The position numbers were made by a program, and so were the translations under genes. The notes beneath the pieces are model-generated. The model was not told the DNA's origin and searched no databases. It was given only the letters and a program-made list of their open reading frames with translations. Shown here in pieces: positions 39,301 through 55,072 of a stretch of 64,000 bases of DNA. The stretch comes from the human T2T-CHM13v2.0 reference genome, Homo sapiens, in NCBI RefSeq assembly GCF_009914755.1, contig NC_060928.1. One strand, 5' to 3'. Numbering within the stretch: position 1 is the first letter of the stretch; each line of letters begins with the position of its first letter.

Positions 39301-41750
39301 TTGGTTAATCTTGCTAATGGTCTATCAGTTTTGTTAATCTTTTCAAATAACCAGCTTTTTGTTTTATCTTTTGTATATTTTTTGTTTCAATTTCATTTAG
39401 CTCTGCTCTGATCTTGGTTTTTTCTTTTTTTCTGCTGGGTTTGGGTTTGGTTTGTTCTTGCTTCTTTAGCTTCTTGAGGTGTGACCTTAGATTGTCTATT
39501 TGTGCTTTTCAGACTTTTAGATGTAGGTATTTAATGTTATCAAGTTTCTATTTATGTAGGTATGTAATGCTATGAGATTCTATTCTGGTGTATTTCGAGG
39601 ATTTGTTTCAAGATTTAGAGCTCCTTTTAGCAGTTTTTGTAGTGCTCAGTATTTGTCTGAAAAAGACTATCTTCCCTTCATTTATGAAGCTTAGTTTCAC
39701 TGGATACAAAATTCTTGGCTGATATTTGTTTGGTTTAAAGACTACCGATAGGACCCCAATCCCTTTGTCTTTGCTGTATCCCAGAGGTTTTGATAGGTTG
39801 TGTCACTACTATTGTTCAGTTGAAAGAATTTTTACATTTCTATCCTGATTTCATTGTTCACCCAATGATTTTTCAGGAGCAGGTTGTTTAATTTTGATGT
39901 ATTTGCAATGTTTTGAAGATTTCTTTTGGGGTTGATTTCCAATCTTATTCCACTGTGGTCTGACATAGTACTTGATAAAATTTTGATATTCTTAAATTTG
40001 TTGAGACTTGTTCTGTGGCCTATCATATGTTCTATATTGGAGAATGTTCCATGTGCTGATGAATAGAATGTATGTTTTGCATTTGTTGGGTAGAATGTTC
40101 TCCACATATCTGTAAATCCATTTGTTGTAGGGTGTAGTTTAAGTACATTGTTTTCTTTGTTAACTTTCTGTCTTGATGATCTGTCTAGTGCTGTCAGTGG
40201 AGTACTGAAGTCCCCCACTATTGCTGTGTTGCCATCTATCTCATTTCTTGGGTGTTGTAGTAATTGTTTTATAAATTTGGGAGCTCCAGTATTAGGCACT
40301 TACATGTTTAGGATTGTGATATTTTCCTACTGGACTAGTCCTTTTATCATTATATAATGTCTCTCTTTGTGTTTTTTACCGGCTGTTGCTTTAAAGTTTG
40401 TTTTGTCTGATACAAGAATAGTTATTCCTGCTTGCTTTTGGTGTCCATTTGCATGGGATATCTTTTTCTACCCCTTTACCTTAAGCTTATGTGAGTCCTT
40501 ATGTATTAGGTGAGTCTATTGAAGACAGTAGATACTTGGTTAGTGAATTCTTATCCATTCTGCCATTCTGTATCTTTTAAGTGGAGCATTTAGGCCATTT
40601 ACATTCAGTGTTAGTATTGAGATGTGAGGTACTATTCTATTCATCATGATATTTGGTGCCTGAATACCTTGGTTTTTTAAATCATTGCATTATTGTTTTA
40701 TAGATCCTGTGAGATTTATGCTTAAGGAGATTCTATTCTGGTGTATTTTGAGGATTCGTTTCAAGATTTAGAGCTCCTTTTAGCAGTTCTTGTAGTGCTG
40801 GCTTGGTAGTGGTGAATTCTCTCAATATTTGTCTGAAAAAGACTGTATCTTTCCTTCATTTATGAAGCTTAGTTTCACTGGATACAAAATTCTTGGCTGA
40901 TATTTGTTTGGTTTAAAGGCTACAGATAGGACCCCAGTCCCTTCTAGCTTGTGAAGTTTCTGCTAAGAAAAATGTTGTTAAGCTGATAGGTTTTCCTTTA
41001 TTGGTTACCTGATGCTTTTGCCTCACAGCTCTTAAGATTTTTTCCTTCATCTTGACTTTACATAACCTGATGGCTATATGCCTAGATGATGATCTTTTTG
41101 TGATGTATTTGCCAGGTGTTCTTGGAGCTTCTTGCATTTGGATGTCTAGATTTCTAGCAAAGCTGGGGAAATTTTCCTCATTATTTCCTGAAATATGTTT
41201 TCCAAACTTTTAGATTTCTCTTCTTCCTTGGGAACACCAATTATTCTTAGGTTTGGTTGTTTAACAAAATCCCAAACTTCTCGTAGGCTTTGTCAATTTT
41301 TTAAAATTCTTTTTTCTTTGTCTTTGTCAAATTGAGTTAATTCAAAAGCCTTGTTTTTGAGTTCTGAAGTTCTTTCTTCTGCTTGTTTGATTCTATTGCT
41401 GAGACTTCCCAGTGCATTTTGCAATTCTCTAAGAGTGTCCTTCATTTCGAGAAATCATGATTATTTTTATATTATTTTTAATATGTGCTATTTATTTCAC
41501 TGGAGATTTTTCCCTTCATATACTGTATCACTTTTTTTATTTCTTTAAGTTGGACTTTCACCTTTCTCTGGTGCCCCCTTGATTGGCTTAATAGTCAACC
41601 TTCCGAATTCTTTTTCTGGAAATTCAGAAATTTAATCTTGGTTTGAATCCATTGCTTGTGAGCTAGTGTGATCTTTTGGAGACGTTAAAGAACCTTGTTT
41701 TGTCATATTACCAGAATTGTTTTTCTGGTTCCTTCTCATTTGGGTAGACA
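36379..41750 (-). mobile_element. L1PB1-like LINE-1, 5'-truncated within ORF1 (degenerate ORF1 and ORF2)
   Basis: ORF fragments match ORF2p (EN: PNTGAPKFIKQ, VGDFSTPL, SDHSGI; RT: FADDMIVY) and ORF1p (RHIAIRL..KEKILRA). L1PB-type 3'UTR ttggttacatgaataagttcttt. Confidence 0.93.
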
Positions 41751-41754
41751 GGCA

Positions 41755-43090
41755 AAATTCTTCAAGCTTTAGGCAAAGGTTTCTTAGACTTCACACCAAA
41801 AAGCACAATCCATAAAACGAAAAACTGATATATTCAACCTCATCTAAATGGGAAGTTTATACTCTGTCTGCAAAGGCATTCTTAAGAAGATGAAAAAGCA
41901 GGCTACAGATTGGGAGAAAATATTTGCAGATCCGACAAAGGACTAGATTTCAGAATATGTAAGGAACACTCAAAACTCAACAGTAAATAAGCCAAGTAAT
42001 CTAATTAGAAAGTGAGCAAAAGAGATGAACAGACATTTCACTTAAGAAGATATACACATGGCAAATAAGCCATCTTATGTGAAATGATTTTTAATTTCAT
42101 TAGCCCTTAAAGAAATGTAAACTAAATGTAAACATTAAGGAAATGTAAACTAAAACCACAATGGGTTATCTCCGCAAGTGTATCAGAATGACTAAAATAA
42201 AAAATAATGCCAACACCAAACACTAGTAAGGTGAAACTGAATCATTTTACAGGGAAATAATCATATGTTTGATCATACAAATGATCAATACAGAGAAAAT
42301 GGATCATTCATACAATGCTGGTGTGAATATAACATGGTACAACCAAAATGACAAAGTTTGGCAGTTTCTTATAAAACTAAATATGCAATTACTGTACTAC
42401 TCACTAATTGCACTCTTGAGCATTTACTACAGAAAAAATATAATTTATGTTCACATGAAAAACTTATACACAAATGTTCATAGCAGCTTCGTTTATAATA
42501 GTCCAAAATAGGATATAACCTAGATATCCTAAAATAGGTGAATGGTTAAACAAACTGTGGCACATCTATATCAGAAAATATTGCTTGATAATAAAAAAGA
42601 ATGAAATATCAATACACACAACTCCCTGAATGAATCTCCAGGAAATTATGCTGAGTGAAAAAAGGTCCAAACAGTTATATATTATACGCTTTCATTTCTA
42701 TAATATTCTAGGAAATAAAAAAATAGAAATGAAGACTAGGTTAGCGGGTGTCAGGGGCTAGGGATAGGGTAAGGGAGAGTGGGAGAGACATGGCGAAAAG
42801 GCTACATAAGATATGATTGTGTGATGGAACTGTCCTGTATCTTGACAGTGGCAATGGTCACAAGAATCTACACGTGTTAAAATTGTATATACCTAAATAC
42901 ACACACTGGTGAAGTGTGAATATGATTGATGGATTTTTAATGTCAGTTTCCTGGTTGTGGTATTATACTATAGTTATGGTAGATGTTACAATAGGGGAAA
43001 ACTAGACAAAGGTTATATGGGATATCTCTGTATCATTTCTTATAACTGCATGTGAATCTCAATTATCTCAAAAAATCTTTTAAAAAAGAA
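41755..43090 (+). mobile_element. L1MD-like LINE 3' end
   Basis: ttaggcaaaggtttcttagac...; 3' terminus tatctctgtatcatttcttataactgcatgtgaatc...aaaa. Confidence 0.85.
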
Positions 43091-43719
43091 TAAAACACAT
43101 TTCCTCAGGGGAAAATCTATAGCAATGTTCTAGCAAAAGAACACAGAAAATGCTTAAATTTCAGTTATACAATATAAGGTACATTTATATAATAACTAAT
43201 ATAGTTTGATAAACTGGGTGTCTTGTAACTAAAGTAAAAGAAAACTCTATCTTTGAAGATATGTAAGTTGTATTTTAATTAGTAATCTTCCTGACCAAAT
43301 AGTGAATTCTGTCTCCATCAGCCCTTATCACTTGTTCTTCTCACAGTAAGTGGACAGAAGGTTTGGATACTAGTAGTCACTCAGAGATTCAGAACCTCAC
43401 ACCAAATAAAAGAGTTGGCCGTGGAATTATTTGTTCATCAATGGGCCTGCCTCCTCATGTGCCCAGTTTCTAACTGGTGATGGGCCAGAAGGTTTGTAAT
43501 TTTTACTTTTCTTTCAGATCCTGGAGCATTTTATTAAAAGTCTCCAAAGTTGGTGCATCTCACAAAGCTCCTTCCTAATTATTAGAAAATTATTTTTGTC
43601 TAGGATGGGATAGGAGGGAGGAAACTGTCTTAAAACTTCTAACTTTTTGTTTGAAAAGTGAATCAAGAATAATAAGTGGAGATTTCAAAGCTCAAGGCAG
43701 ATATTAATTTATTTAAATA

Positions 43720-44100
43720 TTCTGGATTGGAAACTGAGGAAACTATGGGAATGAGCACCCAAGGAATTGAAGTATTCCGGTGTGTGTTTGTGTAGTGAGA
43801 GCAGAGGAGACTGTGAAAGGAGTGACCAGATCATGTTGAGCATGATTTATTCCAGAGCAATGAATATTGCAGGGCTTTGATCAGGGATTTGACACTATTA
43901 ACTTTGTATTTTAGTTGTATGCATTTTTAAAAGATCACTTTGTCTAAAGTTTGGATAATGAATGGAAGAAAGCCAAGAGTGGATGTGGAGGTTTTTGCTG
44001 TAATCCTAGGAAAAAATGATGACAGAAATAAAGTGAGCTAGACTTCTGTGCTTAAGAACTTTGAGGCATTTAAAAATAATATAACAGAGCTTTAGGGTTA
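43720..44100 (-). mobile_element. L2 fragment
   Basis: ccagatcatg...agggctttgatcaggg...ttttaaaagatcact...gctgtaatcc. Confidence 0.6.
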
Positions 44101-44253
44101 ATACTCAAATAAAAACAAATTTTTTTACTTCTTTTAAGATTTTTGTAGACTAATGTGGTGATCCTTTTGTTTGTCCCTGCATTTTATAGAATTGTGCTTA
44201 CACGGTGCATCTGGCTTTATTTTAAAGGCACTTAAAACAAGCAGTATTTCACT

Positions 44254-44385
44254 TTTTATTTTTTACTTTGTAGAGATAGGATCTCATGTTGCCCAGGCAG
44301 GTCTGGAGTTCCTGGCCTCAAGCAACCCTCCCACCTTGGCTTCTCACAATACTGGGATTACAGGCGTAAACCACTGCACCCAGCC
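44254..44385 (-). mobile_element. FLAM/AluJ monomer
   Basis: Single Alu left arm with TSD gcagtattt. Confidence 0.85.
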
Positions 44386-44695
44386 TGGGCAGTATTTTAG
44401 AACATCATGCTAAAAAACAGTGTTTGTGAAATACTTTGGAAGCATGCACATTTCATTTATTACTCTAGGTAATCTTTATTTTATCCCTGACACCTGACCA
44501 AAAAAGAAATGTATGCCTGAACTACAAGATTAAAAGCATTTGTAAAACTGTCCTCATTTACTTATGCTTTTGCTAATGTTCTATATTGAGGAACATGGTA
44601 AGAAACGATTTTATGAAGCTCATTGATGAACTTATTTTAAAGATGTTGCTGGAATTGTTGTTTCTTAAAATATGCAGCATCCTTCTTTAAGAGGA

Positions 44696-45057
44696 TGTAT
44701 TAGTCTGTTCTCACACTGCTATAAAGATACTACCTGAGACTGGGTAATTTATAAAGAAACGAGGTTTAATTGACTCACAGTTCTACATGGCTGGGGAGGC
44801 TTCAGGAAACTTACAATCATGGCGGAAGGGGAAGAGGCGCGTCTTACATAGCAGCAGGCTAGAGGGAGGGAGTGCGTTGGGAGCTCAGGAAAAACTACCA
44901 TTTACAAAACCATCAGATCTCATGAGAATTCACTCGCTATCACAAGAACAGCATGAAGGAAACCACTCTTCATAATCCAATCACTTCCTTCCCTCCACAA
45001 GCGGGAATCATCATTAGAGATGAGATTTTGGTGGGGACACAGAGCCAAGCCATATCA
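44696..45057 (-). mobile_element. THE1D/MSTA solo LTR
   Basis: tgtattagtc...catatca termini with a perfect TSD gagga. Confidence 0.92.
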
Positions 45058-45321
45058 GAGGACCTTAAGATAAATTGTTCACTTTTCTCAGTACAATAAA
45101 TGAGTTTCTCCTAAAAAGTGTTTGCTTTTATTTTATAAACCCTAAATCATAATCTGTTTTTACTGCTGGAGATTTTCATGTCTCTTCTATCAAATATACA
45201 GAAACTTAAGGAATAATTAAAATAATTATGCTACTTTCTACTAAGGAAGTGAGTTTGAGTCTGTTTGGGCAGGGATTCCTGAGTCCTGTGTGCCCAGAAA
45301 GTAGTATAAAAGAAGGGGCAT

Positions 45322-45712
45322 GAGCAGGGTGTGGTGGCTCATGCCTGTAATCCCAGCACTTTGGGAGGCCAAGGTGGGAGGATTGCTTGAGCCCAGGAGT
45401 TCCAGACAAGCCTGGGTAACATAGAGACACCTCTTTTCTACAAAAAAATAAAAAATAGCTGGATGTGGTGGTGCATGCCTGTAGTCCCAGCTATGTGGGA
45501 GGCTGAGGCAGGAGGATTGCTGGGGCTTGAGAATTTAAAGCTGCAGTGACCTATGATTGTGACCCTGCACTCCAGCCTGCGTGACAGAGGGAAACCTGGT
45601 CTGTTAAAGAAAGGAATGAAAAGAAAGAAAAGAAGAGAAGGGAAGGGAAGGGGAAGGGGGAGGAAAAGGGGAAGGAGAAGGGAAAGAATAAGGAAGAGGA
45701 AAAGAGAGATAG
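45322..45712 (+). mobile_element. AluJ with an expanded polypurine (GA-rich) tail
   Basis: Alu dimer followed by about 110 nt of near-pure purines. TSD aaaagaa(g/a)ggca. Confidence 0.9.
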
Positions 45713-45724
45713 AAAAGAAAGGCA

Positions 45725-45914
45725 GGTTTGGACTCCATGTGGGCATATTATTTCAGCCTTTGGACTCCTTGCACTATGGAAGGAGCATGGCTAAAAGAGT
45801 TTCCTTTATCCAGGGAAAGGCCTGTCAGCAGCCATGTCCCAGCAACTAAATGGAATGAGTGCTCCAGTCTTGTGGGAGAGACCGTCTGACTGGCATACCA
45901 GAGCACACACTACA
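45725..45914 (-). mobile_element. LTR16 (ERVL) fragment
   Basis: ctgtcagcagcc...cccagcaact..ggaatgagtgctccagtc...gcacacactaca is the reverse of an LTR16 5' end. Confidence 0.65.
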
Positions 45915-46386
45915 GAAACAGATGAACACCAAAATTTCCAAAACATGTCTTCAGTGACTGAGGAAACAGACTTTCTGGACTAATATCCACACCTATGAAA
46001 ACCATGGCAAGATAACATTACTGGTTCAAATCCTTAGTGGAAAATAAACAATGCCTGAAAATCTACGGGACTTTGACAGATTTCCGAATAGAATCTGAAG
46101 CACTTCACTTCTTTGTTTATAAATCTATTACTTGGATCCATTGGTCTAGGTATTAGGAAAGTAATCTGGGTGTAAGGCTAAAAGGCATGCCCTTTAAGAG
46201 GTCATTTGTGTTAGAAGTTTGGAACACAATTTATAAATCTCATAATAAGGTCAACTGGATGCCAGTTTAAAAGGATGAGTGGGTATATTTAATCCACTGA
46301 ATGTGAACGCTTAGCCTTAGGTGCATAAGGTAAGTGCAGTGAGAAGGAGAAAAATAGTCCCTTCTGAGTGAAAAAGCATGAATATA

Positions 46387-46787
<401 letters not shown>

Positions 46788-46887
46788 TCAGACAAAGCAG
46801 GAAAAGCTAAGGCCGTGGATAAGGATTTCTACATAGCTCCAGAAAACTAGGGTCAAGCAAACCAGCCTCCTTAAAATTTTGAAATTA

Positions 46888-47240
<353 letters not shown>

Positions 47241-47822
47241 TCATAAAAACCCAGGATTCTCTCTTGAAAAATGCACAAGATGTTTATATACACATTCAGG
47301 GATTTCCACCTCCCTGGAGCTATTTCCAGGAACTCTAACATTCCAAGGAGCCCAGGTTGGAGCCTCTGATCATCCATTATCTTTCATTTCGAGTATTACC
47401 ATCATAATTCAAGCCAACCTTAAAACTCTCCTCATCAATATTATCCTCTCCTAATCTCTTCTGTTGTGTTTATACTTCCTGATGAATATGCCAGTATCCA
47501 GCTTAAAGTTTTAAACGCTTTTCCCTTTCCTACTTACTGAACAAAGTGCAAACTCCTCAGTCCATTGTCTTATCTCCCCATAAAGCCCACTTTCCTATCT
47601 GCTTTATATCTTGGATATACATAATAGAACTTCTCCATCCCCATGCTTGTACTTAAGTTGTTTCTGCTTTCAAACCCTTCCTTTCCATCTCTGCCTATTG
47701 AGCTTAAGGCTCAATTAAAACACCCACTACTCTTTAAAGTTGCCTTCATATCTTTTTCCTCTCTCTATGCTTCATGGACTGAGTTTATGTCTTTCATGTG
47801 GTGTACCGTATATGTTTATTTA

Positions 47823-48225
<403 letters not shown>

Positions 48226-48234
48226 TCATGCACA

Positions 48235-49020
48235 TTTTATTTAATTAACAAAATTTGATTGAAACCAATCATGTTCATGGTATAAAGTTATTAGCAAATT
48301 GTACATGGTCCTTGCTATCATAGAATATACAGCTAAACAGACAATAAATTAGCAAATAAATAAATAAATACAAAATGTGAAATGTCATGAAATAAAGAAA
48401 CATGTTAGTTAAAAAAATAACAGAAGAAGAACCCACTTAGAATGATCAGGAAATGTATCCTTAAGTAAGAGACGTTGAACCCAGAGCTGCAGGATGAGAG
48501 GAAAGTTGCTATACAGAACTTAGAGAAGAACATTCCAGACAGGAGGAGGTGCATCGGCAGAAACCCTAAAATAAGTGAAGAAAACTCTCAAAACGTTCTA
48601 AGAATGGAATTAGGGCCCATAGTGGCTGAAGCATAGTGAGTGAGAGGAGAAATTGTACCAGATATTGCAGAGATAAACAAGGGCCAGGTTACTTAAGGAT
48701 TTACAGTCCATGATAGGAATTTTTAATTTTATGCTACATGTGGGGATCCCAGGAGAGACATAATTCAATTTGTACGTAAAAGCTCAAGGAGGCTCCTGTG
48801 TGGAGAATGAACTGAAGATGCCATATACAACAGAGAACCAGGAGAACTAGTTATAAGGCTAATGCTCCATTGAAGTAGTAGAGATACAGTGGCAGCAATG
48901 GAGAAAGTACACAGTTTTCAGTGGAGGTAAAATTAACAGGCCATGGGAATGGACTTGAAATGGGGAAGGAGAGAAAGAAGAACCCATTATGATTTCTAGA
49001 AGCTGGATGATTAGTGATTA
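48235..49020 (-). mobile_element. L2
   Basis: gaagaacattccagacagg...gtggctgaagcatagtgagtgagagg...ggctcctgtgtggagaatg. Confidence 0.75.
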
Positions 49021-49689
49021 ACTCCAGTGTTCTGGAAGATAAATGGGCTTGAGGAATTAATAATTCTGTTCTTTGCTTTTAAAAAAGTCACAGGAAGTTT
49101 CTAAGAAGATTATGGCTTTAAGATGACTGTTGATGTACTCCGCCTACCCCGGTTCAACTGCTAAGTGACAGCCTCACAGGGGCAGCTGCTGGAATCTTGG
49201 GACAGGAAGGCTGGAGAGTGAGAGTCTGTCCAAGCCCTGCTGAGATCCCAATTGAGAGTGTTGGTACAGACTTGTTCCCCTCTAGATAGGACAAAAACCT
49301 TGAGACTGGAAATTCTTGGAGAAGATCAAAACGCTGGGATAAAGCTATGAACCAAAGCAAGGGGAAGATTTTTTCTGAGGGGACCTGTGAGTCTCCCTGC
49401 CATCTGGGGAGAGAAGAATGTTGGGCAGAGTCCTGTCTACCTGTGAATGTGGAAGAAGAGCAGTGGATGTGAGATACACAAACTGTAGTGTCTACTATGA
49501 CAATGAATCTTGCAATACACATATTCAATTTTGAATTAAGAATGTTATACGATAAATAATGGTTTCTAAAATAGAAAAGTCATGTAAGGGGAAAGACTGA
49601 TAAAATCAAGACCATGTAGAATTACAAGTATAAAATCACCTCAATTAAAATCTAGGCTATCTAGAATGAAAAGTATCTAACCACCTTAG

Positions 49690-49830
49690 CAAGACCTCAG
49701 CAACTGCACTACTGGTATCGCCATGTTACAGATACAGAAGCTGAGGCATAGAGAGAGTAAATAACTTGCCTAAAGACACATAGCTACTGCATGGTTCTTA
49801 AATTCAAGCAAACAAAACTTGAGTACAAAT
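49690..49830 (-). mobile_element. MIR fragment
   Basis: ttacagatacagaagctgaggcatagagagagtaaataacttgcctaaagacacatagct. Confidence 0.75.
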
Positions 49831-50932
49831 TGTTTGCAGTGATAAAGATGTCCCAGGTTTTTCAGTTATAACTGGTGGCCTTAGAAGGGAAGTCATTTGA
49901 TCTTGCTAAGCCTCAGGTACATCACCTAGCAAGAGTGGCATGGAGATTAGATGATCCTATGGTCTCTTCCTACTTCAACATTTCATGAGAAGCCCTTATT
50001 TATGTCCTTATGTAAATCAACACTTTGTTAAGAATCATGATCCATTTAGGGTAGATTCAATAAAATTAACATTTCTTAAATTGGGCTTTTTGCCTTCGCA
50101 ATTAAAAACAAAAATTTAGTCACAATCTATAGCATTGAAAAGGATTTGATCAACATTGACAATCTTTCAATGAATCATAACATGTAGAGGTTTTTCTTTT
50201 GTGGCTTGAGACTAAGGTACTTTTTAAAAAATAAATATCAGGCAAAGTAAAATGTGAACCATTATAAAGGTCTAGATAACTAAATTCATTAAACAGTTAC
50301 CTACATGGTATGAATAATGGCCTATATCATATATTTTCCTAAATGGAAAAATATACTTAGTATTTAGTGAAATTTTTGTGATACTGATAGTGGAAATGAG
50401 TACCTTGGCTTTCTGATAGTGCTTTACTTAGGCTAAAAAATAAGCACATAAAAACAGAAGAAAAACACCAGCTGAACACTAATAAAAACAATTGATCATG
50501 ATATTAGGTCATAAAATAACCTGCAATGTATGTGCATTATTTTTACTTAATTAACTTCTTCAAGAGTTAGCTTTTAAAAACTATTTGGAAATAATTATAG
50601 TTTCATAGGATGTTGCCTTTTAAGAAGTCTTCTCCAGTGTTTACATCACGTATAATTATTATACTATATCAAAATAAGCAATCTGACATTGGTATAATGT
50701 GTGTGTATTATTCTATGTCTTAAGAGTTTTTCTTAAACCTTAGAAAAATACACCTTCAATTCTTTATAATTAAGATGCCTTTCCACCTATGCTTTTGGCT
50801 GAAATTTTCACTTTGGGCTAAAATTTTATAAGGATAAAGCCTGTGCTTGAATAATGAGCTTACTTCATGCTCTTGTTGCCATATTTAGGACTTGCTTGAG
50901 ATATTTTCAGCATTAGCTAAATTATATCCTCA

Positions 50933-51308
<376 letters not shown>

Positions 51309-51682
51309 GAATAGGTGTTTCAAATTTTAAATACTCTGAATTTAATTTTTTCCCCTCTAGCTGCCCTTTGATGTTGTCTGCTTTACCATTGTTTTAAACA
51401 CTTCCTCTGGACACCCTGGTTTCATGACAAGTTGATTAAGCTTATTTTATTATGTTTGGTCTCTAGCTCTGGGAGAAAAGACAATGCCTGAGTTCTCTTC
51501 AACATGCAGAGAGGGTTGCTGACCTTAAGCTCCCTCCATGGTGTACTTTGGAAGGACCACAGGCATACTTCAGATCTATTGCAGGTTCCTTTCCAGGCCA
51601 CCACAATAAAGTAAACATGACAATAAAGTGAGTTGCACAAATTTTTTTGGTTTCCTAAGTGCACATAAAAATTATAATACGC

Positions 51683-51994
<312 letters not shown>

Positions 51995-52380
51995 TCAGTA
52001 GCTAAAAAACAATGTATATACCCTAATTTAAAAATACTGTATTGCTAAAAAATGCTGACAATCAACTTAGCCTTCAGCAAGTTGTCAGCTTTTCCACTGG
52101 TGGAGGATCTTGCCTTGATGTTGATGGAGGCTGACTGATTAGAGCGGTGGTTGCTAAAAGTGGGAGTGGCAGTGGCAATTTCTTAAAATAACACAACAAT
52201 GAAATTTGACACATTGATTGAATCTCTTTTTCATGAAAAATTTCTCCGTAGCATGTAATGCTGTTTAGTTGCATTTTACCCTCAGTAGAACTTTCAAAAT
52301 TGGAGCTAATCCTCTCAAATCCTGCCACTTCTTTATTAACTAAGTTTATGTAATATTCTAATTTTTTTGATATCAATTAA

Positions 52381-52886
<506 letters not shown>

Positions 52887-54940
52887 TGAATCCTCAAAAT
52901 ATTCTGTTTACATGCTGTAAACAGAGGTGCTGTCATCTGAGCTTTCTTGTTTTATTTATAGAGCACAGGCAGAGTAGATTTAGCATGATTCTGAAAAGCC
53001 CTAAAATTTTTGGAATTGTAAATGAATAGTGGCTTTAACTTAAAGTCACCAGTGCATTAGCCCCTAACGAGAGAGTCAGCCTGACCTTTAAAGCTTTGAA
53101 GCCAGGTATTGACTTCTCCTCTGTAGCTATGAAAGTCCTAGATGGCATCTTTTTTCAATAGAAGGCTATTTGTCTCCACTGAAAATGATTTTTAGTGTTG
53201 CCATGTTTATCAATTGTCTTAGCTAGATCTTCTGGATCACTTGCTGCAGCTTCTACATCTGTACTTGCTACTGCACCTTGCACTTTTATGTAATGGAGAT
53301 GCCTCCCTTCCTTAAACTTCATGAACCAACATCTGCTAGCTTTCGACTTTTCTTCAGCAGCTTCCTCGCCTCTCTGGCATTATGCAGTAGATATAGAGTC
53401 TTGCTCTGGATTAGCCTTTGACTTAAGGGAATGTTGTGGCTGGTGTGATCTTTCATCCAGACCATGCAAACTTACTTCATATTGGCAATAAGGCTGTTTT
53501 GCTTTCTTCTCATTTATGTGTTCACTGGAGTAGCACTTTTAATTTCCTTCAAGAACTTTTCCTTTCCGTTCCTAGCTTGGCTGTTTGGCACAAGAGGACT
53601 AGCCTTTAGCCTATCTCAGCTTTTGACATATCTTCCTTACTAAGCTTAATCATATCTAGCTTTTGATTTAAAGTGACAGAAGTTCAACTCTTCCTTTCAC
53701 TTGAACACTTAGAGGCCATTTTAGGGTTATTAATTGGCTTAATTTCAATATTGCTGCATCTCAGGGAATAGGGAGGCCCAAGGAAAGGGAGAGAGACAGG
53801 GGAACAGCCGGCCAGTGGAGCAGTCAGAACATGTACAACGTTAAGTGATTTAGTTTGCCATCTTATATGAGAGTGATTTCTAGTGCCTCAAAACAATTAC
53901 AATGGTTACATCAAAGATCACTGACCACAGATCATCATGATGGATATGATAATAATCAAGTTTAAAATATCATAAGAATTACATGACATAGAGGCACCAA
54001 GTGTGCACATGCTGTTGAAAAAATGATGCTGATGGACTTGTCTGAGGCAAGTTTGCCACAAACTTTCAACTTGTAAAACACGCATTATCTGTGAAGTCCA
54101 ATAAAGCAAAGCATGATGAAACAATCTATCCCTTTATGTTGGAGAAAGGGCTCCGACCAAAGCTCTAATTCCAACGTTAGTATCAGTTCATACCGTGCTA
54201 CTCAGGCTTTACTGAGCCTCCATTTCCCACCTTTAAAAATGTAACTTACACATTCTAAGATACTACTTTCAATTCAATAATTCTGTGATTCTCCAATTTA
54301 GCTGGGACATGCAAATTTAATCCTGTAGCCAACAATCCCTAGTGTAGGATGTTATCAGCAGAAGCACAGTTTCATTTATTTGAAAGGATTAAACTGATAT
54401 GCTCGAGGCATCAATGCTAGCCTGGATGATGGACAAGAGAATCTTTTCAGCTATGACCATCTGGCTTAGCCATGTCCCTGACCTTTGCACACTCCAGGCT
54501 AAGCAGTCTTTGCTAGGCTATGAGCTATGTCAGGACATGAGCAACAACAAATTATAATTCCACTGCTCAGTTGTGAAAGATCTAGGATAATGGATAATGT
54601 GACGTGCAATGGGAACATGAGATTGGAGTTAGACCTTGGTTTAAATGCTGACCCACCTCGTACCAGCTTATGTTTATAAATAGATAAGTGGATCTGGCCG
54701 GAAGGAGAACCAGGGTAGGTGAACTCTGAACAGAAATCTAAGAACAGGCACAGAGATGGTTTTACTCTCTGCTCCATTTTAAACTGCCTGGACAGAGGTG
54801 CTCCTGGACCCAGAGGTGTGATTTCCAGCCAGCCAGAAGCCAGAGGCCTGAGAGCGAATCCTACCCTTAAAAAGTGAAGTCAAGACAGGAAAGGATGACC
54901 TCACAGCAGCTGGATACAAGCAATTAGCACAAATGAGTGT

Positions 54941-55072
54941 CAGAATCATAGACCTTCAGATTTGGGAGAAAACTAACTGATGTAATTCTCAGTATCCTAC
55001 AATATCCTGACCAGTGATGGTCTATTCTCTGCTTCGGTATGCCCAGTGGTGGATAATTCATCCTCTCCCAGG
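54941..55072 (-). mobile_element. L3/CR1 3' fragment
   Basis: cagaatcatagacc...tacaatatcctgaccagtgatggtcta.tctctgcttc...cccagtg resembles the L3 3' end. Confidence 0.5.

Noticed and set aside
37248-41137. RT and endonuclease ORFs as an active retroelement or novel RT system
   Set aside because: They are fragmented L1PB ORF1/ORF2 with many frameshifts and stops and no 5'UTR, so the element is dead.
52074-52376. TIGD1-like ORF as a domesticated transposase
   Set aside because: It is a short piece of a decayed Tigger1 that is interrupted by Alus and deletions.
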